Source of the DNA: a virus
IMG/VR virus record: IMGVR_UViG_3300045988_174111
Location: 40,621 to 104,620 of that record
Length of the DNA stretch: 64,000 nucleotides
Direction: 5' to 3' (one strand)
This document shows, piece by piece, positions 35,333-44,285 of this stretch. Position 1 is the first letter of the stretch, and each line of letters starts with the position of its first letter. The position numbers were made by a program, and so were the translations under genes. The notes beneath the pieces were generated by a model that had not been told where the DNA came from, made no database searches, and saw nothing but the letters and a program-made list of their open reading frames with translations.

Positions 35333-37456
35333 TTACTCCTGAGTGATAACCATATTATTTAACGTTTTTTCGGTTCCTTCTTTTGCCCCTCTAGCTACTG
35401 CCTCATAAACTTTCTTAATAGCTTCATCAGATAACTGTATAGTGGGATATACTCCGGAACTTCCTAAATTTGTACCTGCACTTCCTGAAGGTGGGGAAAC
35501 CAAAACAACTGGAATTGGTTCTTTCTTTAATTCACTTATAATTCCCGAAATCGAAGTTTTCCCAGACAAAATTTCATCAATTCCATCTCGAATTTTTCTA
35601 TTTTGAGTCGCGGCTGTAGAAGCGGCAATCTCCCCAACCTTACTTCTAGCATCTTCTTCAGAATAAGCTATTCCAGTAGAACGCCCACTTTTAAAAATTT
35701 TTTTAGCGTCCATCCCAGTACTTTTTTCCAAATCAATAATATCTCTCATTGAAAGATTTGGAAAGATTTGTTTCAACACTTGACGACCAATTTCACCTCC
35801 TCCAGTCATTTTTTGAACCCTTTCAAAAAACTTCATTTGCAATTCAGGGTTATTTGGCATTTCCTCTATCATTGCCTGTAAGTCTGAAAGGTTGCCTTCG
35901 CCACCGCTAATATCTCTTGCGGTTCTCAATAACAATGCTTGGGTCACGTCATCTTGACTTATGTTATTTCCCATTAAAGAATTCTGTACACGCTCTAATT
36001 GACGGCCTTCCATTCCAGTAGCATTCTGTATGCTCGTCATCGAACGAACAATTCCAGCCGTATTAATCGAGCCGACCTTTGTTAAGATAGATTCTGAAAT
36101 ACGATTAAAGGACTGTAAATACTCTCCAAGTGTAGAAGCTATATATTGGTCACTCTTCCCTAGACCCTGCAAATTAGTGTCAAAAGCTTGAACAACATTC
36201 GCCCCAGTCCGCCCTGAACGGTCAAAACGAGTAGTTGCCAATACAGCAGCTGCATCTTCTTCAGAAAGGCCTCTAATCTTACCAGCCATTAAAAGCTGAT
36301 TAATATCGTACAAAGAAGTATTTCGTTCATAAACCCCAGCTTTTTGTAGAGAAGTAACTTTTGTCAAGTATTCTGTCATATTTAAACCCAATGTCCTAGA
36401 CGCCCAATTAGGAAGCTCTTCTTCAGTAATTCCATTAGATGAAGCCTTCGAAGTTCTTCCTCTCATCCAATCTTGATATTCGCCTTTTTCTGAAGTCGTC
36501 GCAGGATAAAATGGGGTAGTGGGCTCATACAAAGGGTTCAAGGCTTTTCGTTCCCTGACATAATCGTACCAAGTATTTCCATCATCGGCTGCTATTTTTG
36601 CAGTATCTTGAAAAGAATCTATAAATTGACGCCCAATCGCTTCTCGATAAGAAATATTATGTAATGCAGCATACTCTTCTAAAGCCTTATCATTTTGAGT
36701 CGCTGCCATTCTACCAACTTCTTTCTTTTCTGCTTCAGCACCAGAAATTCCAAAAGTTAGCATATTTAAAAGCCAATGATTCCCTAAATTATTCCGTCGT
36801 TGGAATTCATTTTCAGCTCCGTATTGCTGTGCGCTAAATTTAGCCTGCTGACCTAAAATTGTTCCTATGCTCATAATTAATGCCCCAAAAGGAAGCATGC
36901 TCATAAGGCCACCCATATTAGTAGGAATTCTGAATCCACTTGAGGGCTTATTCTCCACAACAGGTTCTGAAACAGGAAGCTCCGGTGACGATGGTGGAGG
37001 TAGTGCTGAGGACGGTGCATTTTCTTCAGTTGTTGGTAAAACCCCATTTGTATCATCCCTTTGATTCTTTTCAAGAATATCAGCAATTCTTACAATTTCT
37101 GCCAAAATTTTATCATAAGCCAAAAGCTGCTTTTCCGCCATTGGGGATATTAGTGGCCGTTCCAAATTCCCAGAACCCCCATCCTGAGAAATCAGTGGCC
37201 GTTCTGTATAAGGGTCAATAAGAGTCGGGGTTCGCCTTGTTTCATTTGCTGGAAAAGATAAATTTTCACTTAAAAGTGAATTTCGCTCTTTCAACAAATT
37301 AATTTGTTCTTGAATCACTCCAACAGTTTTTTCAGCTAAATCTTTAAATGAATTTTCCATTTTAGAAAAATCATTCCATAAAGCTTGTGCATTTTGTCGA
37401 AGCTCTTGAAGTGGAGTTGAATCAGCCGATACGCGAATTCTTTTATCTTCTGCCAT
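35333..37456 (-). CDS. Tape measure protein
   Basis: 707-aa protein, largely helical and low-complexity, with a hydrophobic segment GGLMSMLPFGALIMSIGTILG. It follows two small chaperone-sized ORFs downstream of the tube gene. Confidence 0.55.
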   Translation of the reverse strand: MAEDKRIRVSADSTPLQELRQNAQALWNDFSKMENSFKDLAEKTVGVIQEQINLLKERNSLLSENLSFPANETRRTPTLIDPYTERPLISQDGGSGNLERPLISPMAEKQLLAYDKILAEIVRIADILEKNQRDDTNGVLPTTEENAPSSALPPPSSPELPVSEPVVENKPSSGFRIPTNMGGLMSMLPFGALIMSIGTILGQQAKFSAQQYGAENEFQRRNNLGNHWLLNMLTFGISGAEAEKKEVGRMAATQNDKALEEYAALHNISYREAIGRQFIDSFQDTAKIAADDGNTWYDYVRERKALNPLYEPTTPFYPATTSEKGEYQDWMRGRTSKASSNGITEEELPNWASRTLGLNMTEYLTKVTSLQKAGVYERNTSLYDINQLLMAGKIRGLSEEDAAAVLATTRFDRSGRTGANVVQAFDTNLQGLGKSDQYIASTLGEYLQSFNRISESILTKVGSINTAGIVRSMTSIQNATGMEGRQLERVQNSLMGNNISQDDVTQALLLRTARDISGGEGNLSDLQAMIEEMPNNPELQMKFFERVQKMTGGGEIGRQVLKQIFPNLSMRDIIDLEKSTGMDAKKIFKSGRSTGIAYSEEDARSKVGEIAASTAATQNRKIRDGIDEILSGKTSISGIISELKKEPIPVVLVSPPSGSAGTNLGSSGVYPTIQLSDEAIKKVYEAVARGAKEGTEKTLNNMVITQE

Positions 37457-37763
37457 CTTGTTCTATTTTAAGTTGTTCTTCAATTTCCCTTTCTGCCTCT
37501 TTCGTGAAATCTTCAAGTGTGGCAGGAGAATTAAATATTTCACCTATTCCAGGAATATATGTATCTTTTTCTTCTTTTCGTTCAGTTTGGAATCTCTTCA
37601 TAAACAACTTATCTTCTTCAAATTCTAAAAGCTGATATATAAAAGAAGATTCCCTATGGTCAGGTGACATGAAAGGGATATTATGCTTCATTCTCCACCA
37701 CCTGTCCAACGGGAATCTATTATTCCAACTGACTACATTTCGAACCAGTTCGGAATGTTTCAT
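37443..37763 (-). CDS. Tail assembly chaperone candidate (second ORF of the pair)
   Basis: 106-aa ORF between the first chaperone ORF and the tape-measure gene. It is in the same frame as the preceding ORF, separated from it by TAA-GTT. Confidence 0.4.
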   Translation of the reverse strand: MKHSELVRNVVSWNNRFPLDRWWRMKHNIPFMSPDHRESSFIYQLLEFEEDKLFMKRFQTERKEEKDTYIPGIGEIFNSPATLEDFTKEAEREIEEQLKIEQDGRR

Positions 37764-37766
37764 AAC

Positions 37767-38126
37767 TTACTCTTTTACTTCATTATCTTCTCCTTTTAGA
37801 AGGTCAGTGATTTCTTTGAAGAAAGGCGCGACTGTTTCTAAATATCCGTCCCGAATAACTTTGTAGTCCCGAACATCTAATTCAGAAAAATTCTTCACCT
37901 TTAAGTCTTCTATCAACTGTGGACAAAGAACGACGAGAGCGGCTTCAATATCAATCATGTCTAAAGCATGTTGAGTCAAAACCGATGGGCTCATTACCAT
38001 TGAGTTATAAAATCCTCTCGAAAGATTTTGTTTCATTGATTCAATCTGATAAAATTGTCCAACAGTTGGGAACTTCACAGAATAATCACGTCCCTTAATT
38101 TTTAAAGTAACTGCGTCTTTAATCAT
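37767..38126 (-). CDS. Tail assembly chaperone candidate (first ORF of the pair)
   Basis: 119-aa ORF directly after the tube gene. Positional call. Confidence 0.4.
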   Translation of the reverse strand: MIKDAVTLKIKGRDYSVKFPTVGQFYQIESMKQNLSRGFYNSMVMSPSVLTQHALDMIDIEAALVVLCPQLIEDLKVKNFSELDVRDYKVIRDGYLETVAPFFKEITDLLKGEDNEVKE

Positions 38127-38142
38127 AATATTTACGTATTAA

Positions 38143-38631
38143 TTATCCAGCCATGCTAATCGGCTCGAGATATATACCACTAACATCTACCCCAGCAATT
38201 CCGCCTTCCTGAATATTAAAAGACTGAGTATTAAGAAGACACCCCTGCAATCTAGCAATAGTCTCTCCAGTATTGTCAACTTCAGTGACTAGCTTAGAAT
38301 TTGCATCCTCGCTTGAAACTGTCTTCGAATAAACAGTAATATCAAAAGCAATATCTCCAAGAACCAAACTATTTTTAATTTCAGCAATGCTTCCAAATTT
38401 CTTCAACATCTTCTTCATAATAGGAGTGCTGAACGAAATGAAATACTGTGATACACTCCACTGGCAAGTGTACGCCACAGGAGGAGCCTCCTGATAAGTA
38501 AGGCTCCCAAGACCCTGAACATTTGCTCGTTGAACATTTTCGGAAAATGTAAGATTCCGAACATACCCAGCAACTTCGTTGTCTATTTTAATAAACGCTT
38601 TTGGAGCGGTAAAAACTCTTCCTTTTGACAT
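38143..38631 (-). CDS. Tail tube protein
   Basis: 162-aa ORF immediately downstream of the sheath gene. Positional call. Confidence 0.55.
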   Translation of the reverse strand: MSKGRVFTAPKAFIKIDNEVAGYVRNLTFSENVQRANVQGLGSLTYQEAPPVAYTCQWSVSQYFISFSTPIMKKMLKKFGSIAEIKNSLVLGDIAFDITVYSKTVSSEDANSKLVTEVDNTGETIARLQGCLLNTQSFNIQEGGIAGVDVSGIYLEPISMAG

Positions 38632-38643
38632 ATCATTCTAATT

Positions 38644-40302
38644 TTAATTTCCTAAAACAAAACCAGTGAAGAAAATCTTTGTAACTTCACTATTCACAAC
38701 AACTTCATAAGTGACGTTATAATAGTCCTCAATTCTAGTAGCCACTACATTCTGGAAACGCTGTATCAAGTTATCCTGATTTTCCGTAGCAACTCTTGAC
38801 TGGAGGAAATTAATTGTCCAAGTTTCCAAAGACCCTTTAGACAGGGTATTGATATTCACACCATTTTCATCCCCCAATAAATCAATTTCTGCATTGACGA
38901 CACATTCTTTATTCAGTTGTGCAATTATTCGCATAAATTGAATGCTGAATGACAGACCTTTTGCATTGAATAACGTTTTGTTATCCTGCAAAGTAGTAAT
39001 CCCCTGAAGAATGACGAAACGACCTAAGAATGGATTCGGGTAAACAACAACCAATCCTGCATTAACGGCCTTTTCGCGTTCTTTTTCATCTGGAACGTGT
39101 TGAAGTTTATCTCCTCCAATTGTCTTATTAGTGACAGGGACATAAGGCGGCTTTCCGCTTACTCGGCCAATCACCTGACATAGATTATAGAATACGCCCC
39201 ACCAACGAACTTTAGAAGCAACTGCATCACTCGCTGTTCCAATTCCGCCATGAACACAAACTACATAAGCATTATTAAACTTCTTAGCCATTGCTAAAGA
39301 TTCAGCAAATTTTGTTTTACTGTCATGAGCACCGACATAAACAAACTTATCAAACTTTGCTTGAGTATTTCTGTGGGTAATTACTTTCAAATTCTTTGCG
39401 CTGCTTCCAGAATCGCCAACTTGGTCTGTGAAGACAATGTTATAATCAACATCTGAAATTTGATTCAACAAGTCGTCCAAATCAGTTTCTTTATATTGTT
39501 CCGTAGCACCAGTTGCAACCTGATACTCGGCACTTCCTTCAATGTCCGCAGAATCTACAGTTCCATCCCCTTGTATTTCGCTTGATTCATCTAAGATAAA
39601 TCGTGCGCCAAAATTTTCATCGGTCTGGCACCAAGCAATAACTTCTGCAAGTGAAGTACATTCCGGAGTCTGACAAATCAATTGTGGCTCGGCCTGTTCA
39701 ACTGTCAATTCATCATACGAAAGTTCTACCCCAGTAACGGGGTCTTTATAAGAACCTGTATATGTTCCAAGCCAAAACTTCATTACGAATGCTTCGGGGT
39801 CTTCGGTTCCGGCCTCTACTGTATAAGCATAGCCAGTCTTTAACAATTTTCCCTCGAGTTCACCATTTGCATTCAAACCTTCATCAATTGTCTTAACAAT
39901 TAAAGAACCTCCGTTAGAGCCTCCACCAGTTGGTGAAAACGTCATTGTTGCAGGAGTAGTTGTACACGCTCTCGCATAAAGCAATTTACTGATTCCAACT
40001 GAATCAGAATTATACGGGTCAGGAGTAAATAATGCCTCAGCACATTTCCAAAACATCCCACCTTTTACAAAATCACGAAAATCTGACAGTGTCTCAAATT
40101 CATACACTGCATCTTTTCCCTGTTTGTTAGTTCCATTAACACCAGAACCTCCTCCAAATTTAGCCCCGTAGACTCCTGTATCGATTAACAATACAGTTCC
40201 ATAATCTAAATTTCGAGAAGCACTACTCGCCCCAGAAGTAATCGTAGAATAAACCCCAGGAAGAGTTCTCATTTTCCCATTAAAATAGACACTTGTCGCC
40301 AT
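38644..40302 (-). CDS. Contractile tail sheath protein
   Basis: The N-terminus MATSVYFNGKMRTLPGVYSTI has the sheath-like PGVY motif. 552 aa. A tube-sized ORF follows. Confidence 0.7.
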   Translation of the reverse strand: MATSVYFNGKMRTLPGVYSTITSGASSASRNLDYGTVLLIDTGVYGAKFGGGSGVNGTNKQGKDAVYEFETLSDFRDFVKGGMFWKCAEALFTPDPYNSDSVGISKLLYARACTTTPATMTFSPTGGGSNGGSLIVKTIDEGLNANGELEGKLLKTGYAYTVEAGTEDPEAFVMKFWLGTYTGSYKDPVTGVELSYDELTVEQAEPQLICQTPECTSLAEVIAWCQTDENFGARFILDESSEIQGDGTVDSADIEGSAEYQVATGATEQYKETDLDDLLNQISDVDYNIVFTDQVGDSGSSAKNLKVITHRNTQAKFDKFVYVGAHDSKTKFAESLAMAKKFNNAYVVCVHGGIGTASDAVASKVRWWGVFYNLCQVIGRVSGKPPYVPVTNKTIGGDKLQHVPDEKEREKAVNAGLVVVYPNPFLGRFVILQGITTLQDNKTLFNAKGLSFSIQFMRIIAQLNKECVVNAEIDLLGDENGVNINTLSKGSLETWTINFLQSRVATENQDNLIQRFQNVVATRIEDYYNVTYEVVVNSEVTKIFFTGFVLGN

Positions 40303-40385
40303 ATTTATTTATTTAAAAGTTTACACTTATTTTCGGAAATAAAGGTAAAAATTTTTCCAAAAATTCTATAATTATAAATCTTATA

Positions 40386-43300
40386 TCAAGAAATTTTCCA
40401 AGAAGTATTTGTCGAAATTGAAAATTTGCTTGAGCCTCCAGTAGCCCCAAAAGATAAACTCGTAGGAGAAACGTCAAGATACAAAATTTTCGCAACCAAA
40501 TTTCTCGCTCCATTCACCGTAAATGAATAAGACAGATTTGAGCTTACCTTTCTACCATTTTCATACCAGCCATCAAAGACATCCTGGCTATTCTTTTTCG
40601 TACATGTTACAGTTGCCTGAGCCCCATAATTATAGGAACCACCTCCAGACACTGAGCCTCGACTAGAAGAAGAGCTTTCCATACCAATCGAAACTGTATA
40701 TGATTTAACGCTTCGAGTCCCTCTTGCTTCAAGTGTCAATGCTCCAGTAATATTAGTTGGGGCATAAGTTACTCCGGAAGAAACCTTCGAAGAACCATTA
40801 TACCAACCGTCAAATCCGTATGAATACTGAGCATTACTTGCCATAACCGTAGCAGTAGAACCTTGAGCATTAGAACCATAATTAACAGATTCACTTGCTC
40901 GGCTTACGGAAGAAATATAATTCCCTTTGTTATAAGTAACTGTATAGCTTCTCAAAGTACGAGTTCCTTTAGCCAAGTAAGTAGCATTTGCAGTTACCCC
41001 CGTAGGCGCAAAAGTCGCCCCAGAAGAAACCTTCGAAGAGCCATTATACCAACCGTCAACCCCATACGAATATTGGGCAGTAGTTGAATTAACCGTCATT
41101 GTTGAACCAACAGCATTTGTGCCATGCGCAACACGTTCTGACGAACGGCTCACACTTGTCACATAATCTCCAACTTGATAAGTTATTGTATAATATTTTT
41201 TCGTAAATCTTGCATAAACTATCACTGACGAAGTCACGTTCGAAATTGTATATGACAAGGAACTACTCAACAAAGAACCTCCACTTTCCCCAGCAGAATA
41301 CCACCCATCAAAATTATAACCAGCAGCCACTGAAGCAATAACAGTTGAATTGGCTCCATGATTAACTGTGCCTCCACCAGAAACAGTTCCACCGCTTGTC
41401 CCAAGTGTATAGTCCCCTGTTCCATCTGTATTGCGATAATATGCTTGTGGAGTTACAGTATAAGAATTTAGAGTTGCCTTAGCTGTAAGAGACATATTTG
41501 ACCTAACATCTGTGGGAGCATACGTCAAAGACGACGACTTTTTCGTTTCCCCTTCGTACCATCCATCAAATGTGTACCCCTCTATCACTGTCGCAGTACA
41601 CCCAACTGCATTTCCACCCCAATTCACAATTTCAGATTCTCTACTAATTGTGTCAATTCCAGTTCCCTTCAAATAAGTTACTGTATAAGAATTTATTGAA
41701 TATTCCGCAGTATATGTAGCGTCTCCAGTAACAGTAACTTCTCTTGACTTGGTCGTCACACCATCAGACCACTTCACAAATGCTTTTCCTTCTATTTCCA
41801 AAGCCGAAATCGTAACCTTTGTTCCATAATCATAAGTTCCGGAACCTGTTCCGTCAACAACTGTCAGCGTATATTTTCTCAATGAAGAAACTCCTCTTGC
41901 TTCGAAACTTCTATCTGAAGAAATATTCTCAATACTTAATATCAAATCTTCTCCAACCTTTTCACCATTTTCGTACCAGCCATCAAAAGAATAAGCCAAT
42001 TGAACCGTATTCTCAAGAAGAGTCGCTTCACATGTTGCAGTTCCACCATAATTAACAGATTCACTTTCTTTAGTAAGCGAAGCAATATTCGCATTCTTAG
42101 AATAAGAAATCGAATAAACATTGATAGTCGCAGAAGCAACCAATGTGCAATCTGATTGAATTGCTGATAATGTTGCAATTCCATCTAAAACATTCAAAGT
42201 TCCAGTTCCTGAAGTTTTTTCCCAAGTTGGAGTATTGTACCCAGTAGAAGCAACAGCCTTTTCAGAAGTTACTGTGCCATTATATGCAACTCTTTCAGTT
42301 GTTTTTGTTAAATCAACAACTCCAACTCCTTTAGAATAGGTGACAGAAAACCAATTTTTCTGAAATCTTGCATAAACTGTCATTGAAGATGTGATATTCT
42401 CCACCTCATAAGTTGAAGAATCACTAATTCGAGTATCCTCAGAATTATACCAGCCTTGAAAAGTATAACCAACCTTTGCAGAAGCGGTTAAAGTCGCTTT
42501 AGAGCCATAATCATACTCTCCCGAACCAGTCACTGTTCCTCCATTCGTTCCATCCGTAAACGAACCAATAGAATCCGCATCACGGTACTGGGGTAAACAT
42601 TCAATTGAAAAGGTTTTTATTACCCCCTTTGCAGTAAATTCTAAATTTTCCCTCACATTCAAAGGAGCATATTTTAACTCCTGACTGACACGAACCTCTT
42701 CTTCATTGTACCATCCATCAAAATTATACCCTTCTTCTAATTCTGCAACTGAACCCTCAGCATTGGAACCATATTCAACAGCTTCAATTTCAGGAGTAAC
42801 TGAAATAATTCCTTTCCCTTTCTTGTAAGTAACTGTATTGACAGACATTCCAAAAGAAGCAGCATAAGTTTCATCTTTCGTCACATTCGTAACGGTAAGC
42901 TCTAAAGTTTCAACCCCATTACTCCATCCACTAAATAAATGACCCGTATCAGGTGTGGCAGTAGAAGAAGCTGACCCACCATATTCCACACGGGCTGAAG
43001 TCGGGGACACTGTTCCTCCTGGGCCAGCAATAAATTTCAACGTGAACCACATACGCTGAAACCTAGCAGTCAAATTCCTTGAAGAATCCGCATTAAATGT
43101 ATATGACAAATCTTCAGAAATTTTCAATTCTCCATCATACCAACCATCAAACGAATAACCCTCGCTTGGAACTGCTTCAATCGTAACACTTTCTCCATGA
43201 TTAAAAGTTCCTCCACCAAAAACGGTTCCACCGTTCTCACCATCAAGAAAATCACCTGATTCAGCAATTCTATATTTCGACTTCAGATTAATATCGTAAC

Positions 43301-44273
43301 TCTTAATTTGAAAAATTGCCTGAATAGTTCTATTTTTAGTAATTTCCCAACTAGAATAAGGGTTTTCAAAAAACTCGTTACCTTCTTCGTCAATCCATTT
43401 TATAAAATTATATCCAACGGCAGGATTCGCGGTTGATTTAATCAGAGAACCATAATCATAATTTCCTGAACCAGCTACTGTTCCAGAACCCTCTGGGGAA
43501 ATTACAAAAGATAAAGAATATCTATTTGTTTCTCTTGACCCAATCGCTGTAAATGTCCTGTCTGAAACAATATTTTCAATATTTAACAATAAATCAGAAG
43601 AAACCTTTTCGCCACCTTCGTACCAGCCTAAAAATGAATAAGAAAATTGGGCTGTATCTGAGGGTATTGTTGCAACTGCTGTTGCAGAACCACCCCACTT
43701 AACTGTCTCAGAAATCTTGTCAATTGATTTAATATGCTCCCCCTTTTGATAAGAAATTGTATATGTAGAAGATTCCTGAATAATTGTCACTTCTTCTGAT
43801 ATCAATGATGAAAAGCCCGTAACGGCAATCTTACCAATCCTCTGGCCAACAGTATTTTTAGGAATAAGAAATTCCGCATAAAAGTTAAATTCTCCTTTAG
43901 CTCCAGGGTCTCCAGAAATATCACTTCCATTCTCAGTACTCAGCCCATTTGCAATGTAATTTTCTGGAATTTGAAAAGAAATCCCATTCCCTTTCCCAAA
44001 AGAAAAAGTAATATTTTTAGAATTGCTTTTCCCAGAAATAACAACTTTTTGCTGATTCTGACTAATAGTAAATAAAGTTTTATCTAAAATTATATATTCA
44101 GGGGAAGCCTCTTGCTTCACCTGATATGATTTAGCTGATTCAACCTTATCAGTAATTGCAATCACTGCCGTCTCCCTCACGAGACGGCCTTTATGTTCTT
44201 CTCCTGTATTTATTAAAGTTGAATCCCCTATTCCACTAGAGGGGGAAACTTCAAGCCAAGATTCTTTTCCCAT
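40386..44273 (-). CDS. Giant surface-repeat protein: BACON C-terminal half, about 14 Listeria-Bacteroides-type (F-x-GW-Y) repeats, then BACON N-terminal half
   Basis: 1,295 aa. The N-terminus ESWLEVSPSSGIGDSTLINTGEEHKGRLVRETAVIAIT looks like the second half of a BACON domain. An FDGWY/FSGW/FVKW motif recurs about every 80 aa, roughly 14 times. The C-terminus LYLDVSPTSLSFGATGGSSKFSISTNTSWKIS looks like the first half of a BACON domain and then stops at TGA. Confidence 0.75.
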   Translation of the reverse strand: MGKESWLEVSPSSGIGDSTLINTGEEHKGRLVRETAVIAITDKVESAKSYQVKQEASPEYIILDKTLFTISQNQQKVVISGKSNSKNITFSFGKGNGISFQIPENYIANGLSTENGSDISGDPGAKGEFNFYAEFLIPKNTVGQRIGKIAVTGFSSLISEEVTIIQESSTYTISYQKGEHIKSIDKISETVKWGGSATAVATIPSDTAQFSYSFLGWYEGGEKVSSDLLLNIENIVSDRTFTAIGSRETNRYSLSFVISPEGSGTVAGSGNYDYGSLIKSTANPAVGYNFIKWIDEEGNEFFENPYSSWEITKNRTIQAIFQIKSYDINLKSKYRIAESGDFLDGENGGTVFGGGTFNHGESVTIEAVPSEGYSFDGWYDGELKISEDLSYTFNADSSRNLTARFQRMWFTLKFIAGPGGTVSPTSARVEYGGSASSTATPDTGHLFSGWSNGVETLELTVTNVTKDETYAASFGMSVNTVTYKKGKGIISVTPEIEAVEYGSNAEGSVAELEEGYNFDGWYNEEEVRVSQELKYAPLNVRENLEFTAKGVIKTFSIECLPQYRDADSIGSFTDGTNGGTVTGSGEYDYGSKATLTASAKVGYTFQGWYNSEDTRISDSSTYEVENITSSMTVYARFQKNWFSVTYSKGVGVVDLTKTTERVAYNGTVTSEKAVASTGYNTPTWEKTSGTGTLNVLDGIATLSAIQSDCTLVASATINVYSISYSKNANIASLTKESESVNYGGTATCEATLLENTVQLAYSFDGWYENGEKVGEDLILSIENISSDRSFEARGVSSLRKYTLTVVDGTGSGTYDYGTKVTISALEIEGKAFVKWSDGVTTKSREVTVTGDATYTAEYSINSYTVTYLKGTGIDTISRESEIVNWGGNAVGCTATVIEGYTFDGWYEGETKKSSSLTYAPTDVRSNMSLTAKATLNSYTVTPQAYYRNTDGTGDYTLGTSGGTVSGGGTVNHGANSTVIASVAAGYNFDGWYSAGESGGSLLSSSLSYTISNVTSSVIVYARFTKKYYTITYQVGDYVTSVSRSSERVAHGTNAVGSTMTVNSTTAQYSYGVDGWYNGSSKVSSGATFAPTGVTANATYLAKGTRTLRSYTVTYNKGNYISSVSRASESVNYGSNAQGSTATVMASNAQYSYGFDGWYNGSSKVSSGVTYAPTNITGALTLEARGTRSVKSYTVSIGMESSSSSRGSVSGGGSYNYGAQATVTCTKKNSQDVFDGWYENGRKVSSNLSYSFTVNGARNLVAKILYLDVSPTSLSFGATGGSSKFSISTNTSWKIS
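40461..40502. repeat. Direct repeat copy A (42 nt, 2 mismatches to copy B)
   Basis: cgtaggagaaacGtcAagatacaaaattttcgcaaccaaatt. Copy B lies exactly 3,900 nt away. Weaker similarity extends over about 200 nt, covering the C-terminal FDGWY repeat plus the half-BACON of both ORFs. Confidence 0.85.
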
Positions 44274-44285
44274 ACATTCTTTTTG

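Noticed and set aside
40313-40513. 66-aa minus-strand ORF spanning the gap upstream of the sheath gene.
   Set aside because: It overlaps the C-terminal coding region of the 1,295-aa ORF out of frame. Its product is hydrophobic and low-complexity (FLLRVYLLGLLEA...). The real intergenic part is only 83 nt.
40386-44273. The repeat array, considered as a possible CRISPR array or as the variable/template repeat pair of a diversity-generating retroelement.
   Set aside because: The repeats are in-frame protein-domain repeats of about 240 bp, without spacers. No reverse transcriptase, Avd-like gene or adenine-biased mismatch pattern between copies is present in the window.
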